Assembly: GCF_018977255.1 (NCBI RefSeq)
Contig: NW_024704742.1
Span: 4,776,001-4,840,000, forward strand
Source of the DNA: Callorhinchus milii
Lineage: Eukaryota
DNA length: 64,000 bases
Reading direction: 5' to 3'
Both the position numbers and the translations under genes were made by a program. The notes beneath the pieces were generated by a model, which was not told where the DNA came from, did no database searches, and saw only the letters and a program-made list of their open reading frames with translations. The stretch's first letter is position 1. The number at the start of each line of letters is the position of its first letter. This document shows, in pieces, positions 36,943 to 64,000 of the stretch.

Positions 36943-39179
36943 TTATTTGTTAACCTGGATTCCTTAGTTAGGAGTATGAGTCACACAAGTTGTGTCACAA
37001 GTTATGTCACACAGAAACTCGACTCTGCTGCAGTCGACTTCTAGAGAAGAGTTCCCACAGATTGATGGTAATTCTAACAGCATTCTTTTAAGAAATCCAG
37101 TTTATGCAATACTGCAAATCAGTTCCCTCTCCCACAATGTGACAACTGAATACAGGGTGTGAAATTAAATCAGAATCAGCAAATATGGATTATATTTCAT
37201 CTCGCATGTAAACAAGTGCCCTTGAAACTGATGTTTTATTAATCTCTATTGTTCTGACTTTGTAAGGAGACTTGTTTGTCCCTTCATGTATTTTGTTTCC
37301 CATTTAAAATGAGTGGGAAAATCACAGGAACATTTTCCAATTCGGTAAGCATGAAGCTTTTCAGCCCTGCTTGTTTACCTCTCATTGTTTTAGATGAGAG
37401 AGATGAATTGAATACAATTGTGACCCTAATGTTACTATTGAATTAGTCGCTGTTTATTATTCTTTTTCTGTTGATATTATATTCTGTTTATTTTGCTATA
37501 TTTGTGATCTGGACAAATTAAGTTTCTGTTAACCTGCTCCGAGATACAGAACCTATGAATTGCCGTTTCTGGATCAAGCTTCACTATTTATGGAAGCCGT
37601 ATTCCATTTGCTGAGTTTTGCAGCCTATGCATTTAATAATAAAAAATGTAAAGAAGAAACAAACATCCGTTGTTAATTTATTAAGCATACAATGGAAGCC
37701 CATTCTGATGGGTTGGTCCTCTGATCCACTTAAAGTCTGCATTCATGGTTATTTCTGTGATATTATACATTTGTATTCCAATAACTGGTTACGATGAGCT
37801 TCGTGTGAATTCCTGCTGGTTGGTAAAGTTACCTGCTTTGCCAGCCGTGCAGTTATAATGAAGAAATTTCTTTACAAGTGCACACCTCCAAAGTCAGTTT
37901 TTTCTCTCTTGCAATAAAGATTAGTGTAACTTGGATCTTTCTAGGCTCCGACTCGCAATGTTGCAGGAATAGTTGGTGCGATCAACCTGTGAACAAGAGC
38001 TGGTCACTAAATCCGTTACTACAGAAACAATCAGGAGCAGAATTTCTTCAATGTAGCAGTGTTCCCACATGTACAGAGGTAATACAATTGCCTCTAGAGC
38101 CCCATCAAGGAATATAAAAATAATAATCCTTGTATTTGATATCACCCTTATCACGTCTTTGAGATGCTTCAAAGTGCTTCACAGGTTACACTGTAAAATT
38201 GTGTGACTGTATTTTGTGGGCAAACCCGGCAACCAATTTGCACACAGCAATGTTGCACAAACAGCTATGGCGTGAATGACCAATTTTATTGAGTGATTAT
38301 TGGCCAGGACAAGGGGATGAACTCCCTTCTCTTTTCGAATAGTGCCATGGGATCTTTAACGACCATCTGGACAGGCAGACGGGACCTTAGTTTAAGATCC
38401 CGGAATGCACAGACCTATTATAATATCAAGTGGTGTTATTCTCTATCGTTAGTACAATAGTATGTTTGTACGTTCATTAGTACTCCCCACCTTAAAAACC
38501 TGCCTTAAAACCCATCTTTCTGACTGCACTTTCGGCCACCATCCTGCTTGTGCCTGGAGGATGAACCGAGCAGGCAATGAGGGTAGAGGAACCTGCATAG
38601 CATGAGCCACTTAAGCAGCTTAGTCACACCAACCAATGTTATCAGTGTAATTGGGGAACCTCAGAAGTGGCACTGCATAAAGAAAATTACCCGTTTAGGT
38701 CCAACCCCTCGTTCACAGTGGCTGAGGGAATTTGCACCCAATAAGAATTAATCTGTCTGAAAGCAGATTAGTGCACTTGTTTAAGGTTGTTGAAACTCTG
38801 GGAGTTTTCTGTGATCTCCTAGTGAGTCTAAGCTTTCTGTGATCTATTTCCTAATGACCCCAAGCTACCCTTCACTCGGCCCTCACTATTAGTTGTACCT
38901 AATATCTGCCACCAAAGGGTGATCCAACACTTCAATACACACATAGATTGAGTATTACAAAGGGTTACTGCCTTTTCACATCTGTGACCAGAGTATCAAT
39001 CTGGGCCAGACCGCTTGAATGAAAGGCTGAATGAAAGTTTTGTTGTCTTCTCTCTCCTGACTTTGAATCCTCTTAACCTACGGGTGAAAACTGGTGATTC
39101 TTAGCAAATTTTCAACCCAAATCTTAGCCCGAAAGACTATTTTATCTTAAAATTTAAGATTGCACAAGATTGTCAAAGG

Positions 39180-39462
39180 GTACTAGGATGTTCCTAGCTA
39201 GAAAATTGATGGGACACTTGCCAGTAAGTGCTTTCAATGCTATGCAAGTTTAGCTGGTTAGACTTCAACAGTACCCCAATGAACTCTGCCAATCTGCACC
39301 TAATACTTTCTGGAATTGGATAAGCAGGATGTGTTTCTCCAGTGCGCATATCATTTCAATAAATGGGATTTTTCATGTGTAGGTGGGATGAATGGAACTC
39401 TCGGTTTGGTTCGGCTACACTTGAGCGCGGTGATGGGTTTACACATGTGTCAGACACCCTGC
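39180..39462 (-). repeat. Unclassified interspersed repeat, diverged copy
   Basis: tttagctggttagacttcaacagtaccccaa..catgtgtaggtgggatg..cggtgatgggttt..atgtgtcagac matches the reverse complement of copy 1. Confidence 0.75.
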
Positions 39463-39469
39463 TAATAAT

Positions 39470-39700
39470 AGGTGAGGAAAATGAAGCTGGCTAGTGTTTG
39501 GTTGAAGCTGGCTAAATGAAGCTCCACTAAGTGGAGTGAGCATATTTCAGGAGGTTGCGGAGATAGAAGGGGCCTCACAGAGCTGGTGCGGGAGAGGACA
39601 CTGGCTGTAGAATTCCAGATAATCTCCAACTTGTCAAGGGAGGTGATGAGGAGTCTGACAGGCAGAGTGTTGGAAGAATTTAGCCTGGTCATAACGAAGG
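39470..39700 (-). mobile_element. Old L2 LINE fragment
   Basis: Minus frame TRLNSSNTL...LDKLEIIWNSTASVLSRT resembles L2 SRLDY.N.L...LQ..QN.AAR.L.RT. Confidence 0.6.
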
Positions 39701-40297
39701 AAAATTCAGTTTTAAATCGGAAGTTGGTTCTTTTTAAGAGTGCAAAAAACTGGCTTCCAAATTTAGATTAAATTTAAGAATTTTCCACAGTTCCATAATA
39801 ATATCTTAAAACAAAATTATCTAAACAGGCTGTAACTAAGGTGTATTTCAGGTCCTTGATATGTTAACTAAAAACTATGTCCAGCTTTGTGCTGCACAAG
39901 CTGAAGAAGCCCACAAGAAGGTTTACAATTTTCACCCGAAATTTCTAGTTGAACAGCTTCTACCACACAAAAGTGTTTATCGTCCTAGCAATGATACAAT
40001 GCTTTCATGGCACAAAGATATCTCAAAGGCCATAGAACATAAAGTATAATGACTCCGTATTTTGTAGGCAAAATGCAGTAATTAATTTGCACACAGCAAT
40101 GTTCCACAAAGAGCCAGGAAGTAGATGACCAATTCTATCTGGGAGATTGTTGGCCAGAATACTGGGAGAAACTACCTTCTTTTCAAATAGTGCCATGGGA
40201 TCTTTAACATCCACCTGAAAATGCAGACAGGATCTTGGTTTGACGTCTGACCACTGAAGAAACCAGTTTGTCTAAACCTTGATCATCATAGCTCATT

Positions 40298-40903
40298 CCT
40301 CATTTATCGTCCCTCCAAACCCTCCCCGGCCTTCATCTCTGACATCTCCGCCCTTCTAGCTTCCCTCTGCCTCTGCTCGTGTACTGTCCCGCACCAGACA
40401 CCGCGACCACATCACTCCCACCCTCGCTCGCCTCCACTGGCTCCCCATCCCCCAGAGGATCGAATTCAAGATCCTCATCCTCACCTACAAGGCCATTCAC
40501 GGCCTCGCTCCCTCCTACCTCTCCGACCTACTATCCCCCTACCTACCTGCCCGTACCCTCCGTTCCTCTGGCTCCGGTCTGCTCCACATCCCCCGCCCCA
40601 ACCGCCCTACCATCGGTGGCCGGCCTTCAGCCTCTCAGCCGAGCTCTGGAACTCCATCCCCCAGTGCCTTCGCCGCCTCCTCCCTTTCCTCCTTCAAGGC
40701 CGGTCTCAAGACCTTTCTCTTTGACCGTGCCTTCAGCTCCCCTCTCGACTCTCTCCCCCTCCTCGCCCCCTCCCTTCCCTCCCCTCACCCTGACCATTTC
40801 CCCAATGCTCGGTCCCGACCCAACTGTCCAGCGCCTTGGGACGTCCCCCCGACGTGAAAGGCGCTCTACAAATGGAATCTTGTTGTTGTTGTTGTTGCTG
40901 TTG
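40298..40903 (+). mobile_element. Internally deleted L2 copy (endonuclease piece fused to 3' end) with (TTG)n tail
   Basis: 40298-40378 matches the YRPPKPSP.F.SDIS.LL.SL.LCS segment of the large L2; 40379-40903 matches its last ~500 nt including the tail. Confidence 0.88.
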
Positions 40904-40924
40904 CTCTGATCGCCTCCGTATCCT

Positions 40925-41230
40925 CGGCAACTTCCAAGTTTCCTTACTTCGCACGCCTGTGTTCACCGAGCGGGAAAGAGGAACCGGGTTGCGAGTCAAC
41001 TGGCCGATCGCTTTTCCGGGGCTAATAATTCCTTTTAAAAGAAAATTGATCGCTTCGACCCACGGCCCTCTGCGGGGGCCGCCGCCGCGCGCAATCGGCT
41101 GCCGGGTTTTCGCCCACAAAATATACGGTCCATTCGCTTTACGGTCGAAGCGCTTCGAGACGTCTCGAAGACGCGATAAGGCGTTGTATCAAATACAAAG
41201 ATTATTGCCATTGTTGTTATTATTATTATT
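40925..41230 (+). mobile_element. tRNA-derived SINE, long subfamily, headless, GC-shifted copy at the CpG island edge
   Basis: Collinear with 29670-29978 and 56370-56655 but with many A/T to G/C differences. Confidence 0.88.
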
Positions 41231-41261
41231 GATCAGTGAAAGACCAGAGAGGGGCGTGTCC

Positions 41262-41467
41262 TTCTCTGTGACGTCAGCGCGTCGCCGCCCACATCGGTCC
41301 GGGAGAACCGACGGGCGCGCCCCTCTCTGTGACGTCAGCGCGTCGCCGCGCGCATCGGTCCGGGAGAACCGACGGGCGCGCCCCTCTCTGTGACGTCAGC
41401 GCGTCGCCGCGCGCATCGGTCCGGGAGAAAAGACGGGCCCGCTCCTCCCTGTGACGTCGGCGCGTCC
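41262..41467. repeat. 61-bp tandem repeat, about 3.4 copies, each carrying a CRE
   Basis: Unit ctctgTGACGTCAgcgcgtcgccgcgcgcatcggtccgggagaaccgacgggcgcgcccct; CRE starts at 41269, 41330, 41391 and 41452 (last is TGACGTCG), exact 61-nt spacing. Confidence 0.95.
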
Positions 41468-41575
41468 CGAAGACGGTTGATGAGCGCCGAGTCCGACCGT
41501 TGCTGCGCACGCGCAGTCCCCACCACCACAGCAAGTCACACACGGAGACGGCGGTCTCTCTCCCGCATCGCCGCC

Positions 41576-60943
<19,368 letters not shown>

Positions 60944-61720
60944 TAAGAATCTTTCGGTTTCGCCTTTTTCATTTGGGGTAGATCTCCTACAGCACATCTG
61001 TTCCGGTTGTTCTTTGAGACCACAACTGGTGAATTAGGGCATTATTTTACTATACTGTAAAGTATTGTATAGCGCCTTGGGACTTCCTCCCGACGTGAAA
61101 GGCGCTATACAAATGTAATCTTGTTGTTATTATAGAAAGGGTATTGGCCAACAACTGCTGTGTTGGATATGAGAGCTGTTTAAATCCAAAAGCTCCTTTA
61201 TCAATCAGTAAGTTTGTTTGACTAATTCTGTTACGGAATGCTCATTATCGTCAGAATTGATTTTGTCCTAAAATTTGGGTAATTATGCAAGTTCGTGAAT
61301 ATCGAATATGAAGCATTTGTCGGCTTCCTTTCTGATTTCTGTCCATATCTAAAAGGAACATCGATAGTGCACAATCTGAGACCAGGTTATATTATGGAAC
61401 CGTTTTCATTTGAGCTGTGAACATACAGCAAGATATATTTCAATCAGCAAATAGTTAGGATTGCAATGAAACACCGGTACTTGGTTCTTCTTTGGTGCCT
61501 ATTATGGAGCACGTGAACCTGAAGCTGCGAAGTTACAGTTGTATGTAGATTGTCTTGTACAAACAAACTGTACAAATGAAAGTCCAGTCCTCTCTTCGAA
61601 TTGTACCATACTGTTCTAGTTATAAAGCGACTCCCACTATGCTATTACTATGTCATTTTGGTTAAATTGTCCAAATCTGTCAACGTAATTGCTAATCTAC
61701 TTATTTTCATCATCTCACAG

Positions 61721-61753
61721 TGGCCAGGTTTCCTTGGTGAAGAACAAATCGAG
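61721..61753 (+). CDS. FSD1L: Probable FSD1L 33-nt alternative cassette exon (SGQVSLVKNKSR)
   Basis: gctaat branch motif, pyrimidine tract and ctcacag acceptor, GAG|gtgaca donor; phase 2-2, open and frame-preserving after exon 9. Confidence 0.65.
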
Positions 61754-64000
61754 GTGACATATCTGCTAGCTTTGTAGTTTGAGCTTAACTAGCTGTAGCA
61801 AACTACAAATAACCATAGTATAGATAACTATGATGGTACTACCAACCTAAGGATCTACCAACTTATCTCAGTTCTTTACTGTTTTTTTTTCAGTTTGATG
61901 GTTCTACCATTCTAGCATGCAGAGAGTGAGTAGATAAATTCTTGAATAAATAATTCTATCATTCCTTCGCCCCACCAAAAAACTAAAGTTGTAATTTATT
62001 AATGGAATCACTCAATCTTCTTAAAATGAGCCCAAATAATTGGAATATCTCTACCCATGTATGAAACATGGACCTATTTATTTCCATGTAATCTGCAGTT
62101 CATTTTCCTCTCACATTCAAGGCTTGAGTATCCAACAAACTGAAAAAAAAATCTGGAACTGGAAATTGATTTTCAAAATTGAAATCAAAGTATATTGTCA
62201 GCAAACTTAATATTGAGTTAATGAACAGTCTCTTGCACAGGTGAGCAAGTTCTTTATAAGATCCACAAAAAAATTGTAACTTGAGAAAAAGGATAAAATC
62301 ATTGCATTCTTGGGCAATGATCGATCCAATTGAAGATTCTTTTCACACAATCTTATCACCACATTTTCTTCACCAGTTAATTATACGGCAGCTTCCAGCA
62401 ATTTCAGACGTTTGCTTGTGGCTAACAGAACCACATTTTAGTTGATTATGAAATAACCCCTTACGAATGCTGAATCACAGGGTTATTGTGAAATCTTTAC
62501 TAATGTAAACTATTAGTACAGGGTAGTTGTGAAATCTAAGTTCCAATCACAAGTATCATTTGCAGTGTCTTTAACGTTGACATTTAAAGCACCTGATTAA
62601 TGATGACCTGTATTTAATAACTTCCAGCATTCAAATTTGCACCAATCAATAGATTATATTCTTAAGAAGTCTTACACATTGAACCAAATTGTTCGATTAA
62701 TTTTTCTTGGTCTGCATGTTCTAAACCTTAAATTTAATATATTTTAAAATATTTTGTCAAATTCTTAAATTCAGTCTTATTTTGGAAACTAGTTTTCTGT
62801 GTTAGTGTTTTTTTTAACAGAAGAAAACTTTTTCGTGTTACTTTTTTTTAATAATCGTTGAAAAGTTCAGAATGAATTTTTTTTAAAAATCAAAATTTCT
62901 GAATGTTAAATATTAAGGTGATTGTCAGGTCCATAGCCTTGGATTTGATATAGTGCCTTTCATGCCAGGAGCATAACTCAAATCACGCTGGGAAGATGTC
63001 TCAAAATGCCCGTTGCCTGCATGCCCATAGGAGAACATTTACAGCCATAAAGTAAATGTGCACTGAATAGACTGATTGTTAGAAATTCACATTGCCCTAT
63101 ATAGGAGCAAATTGTGAATGCACGTGTGCACATTGTATGCCTGGAGAAATTTTTAGTTGTTTGAATAGTTGCTACCATACGTAGTAATAATATCTTAGCA
63201 TTTCTTTGAGAGCTACTTATTCGAAAGGATATAATTTGTATGGCTTGAGAATTGCACTGCATACTTTTTTCTTGGGTAGATGTGCAGTAAGAACAGTTAA
63301 TCAGAGACGAATGAACCTTGGAGCCTTAAAAGAAAATCATATATGTGGAACCAGGTTGCATTGTTTTGTTTACTTGAATAGGCTTGCAATAACTTGGGCA
63401 CGATAGTGTTTTTAAAAAATCAGATGCTAATCTCAGTTTTCCTCAATGTAGTTGTTGGGGGCATTTTGGATGAGGTAAGTGAAAATTACAGATGGGCCTT
63501 TGCAATGGCCTTTGAGCTTTCAAAATGTATATGTTTATACATCAGTCAATCTAAAGCAAAATATAAGATGAAGCAAAATCGCTGGAAATGTCAGATTTTC
63601 ACTCCAATATAACTTCAATATAACTCGACAAGAATGTGAAACCATAAACAAATATTTAGGAGAAGGATAGTTTAAGTACAATACAATACATATTATATTT
63701 ATATAGCGCCTTTGATGTCGGCAGGACGTCCCAAGGCACTGGACAGTCAGGGGATGTCCTCCCGTGAGTAACTTGCTGTTGATTTAATTACTTAACACAA
63801 GACTACTTTTTATTTTCAAGAAATTAATTTTGGACAGACATTGTATTGCAGACCTCAACTAAAATTGCACCGTTCCAAATCTAGCCTTTAAGGTGATCAA
63901 TGCAAACCGTTTCCGATGCTGCATTTCCCTGTGTAAAATCCTTAGGCTGGTAACGTTTCATGCTTTAGGGAAGGTACAATCTCCCTGGCTCACATGGCCC

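Noticed and set aside
37638..37918. AATAAA at 37638 and 37913 as RASSF6 poly(A) signals
   Set aside because: Plausible, but the hexamer is common in this AT-rich DNA and the site cannot be chosen without transcript data.
41262..41467. CRISPR-like array
   Set aside because: Units are contiguous near-identical tandem copies with no unique spacers; vertebrate context, no cas genes.

Overview
Eukaryotic (vertebrate) genomic DNA, most likely a cartilaginous fish; this is inferred from the repeat repertoire (CR1 and L2 LINEs, DeuSINE-like SINEs, a Penelope-type terminus) and is not proven. Two spliced protein-coding genes lie in tandem on the + strand. The first is a complete RASSF6 orthologue: 10 coding exons, 25707-35996, 1005 nt / 334 aa, RA and SARAH domains, C-terminal PDZ ligand ETSV. 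The second is the 5' part of FSD1L: coding exons from 41576 to 60942, plus a probable 33-nt cassette exon at 61721-61753; the remaining SPRY-domain exons lie beyond the window. All exon junctions were checked by hand for GT-AG and phase. The first ~25 kb has no recognisable host coding exon and is dominated by retroelements, including a ~3.1 kb decayed L2 LINE. Almost all long ORFs in the supplied track are LINE debris or low-complexity artefacts. The most unusual region is the FSD1L promoter: a 61-bp tandem repeat multiplies a palindromic CRE, the adjacent SINE copy is strongly shifted from A/T to G/C relative to its sister copies, and a 1.4-kb strand-asymmetric C-rich minisatellite follows exon 1. 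The window also shows a modular SINE system whose 3' stem-loop is shared with the resident L2. I found no evidence of a wholly new protein-coding system. Repeat boundaries are approximate.
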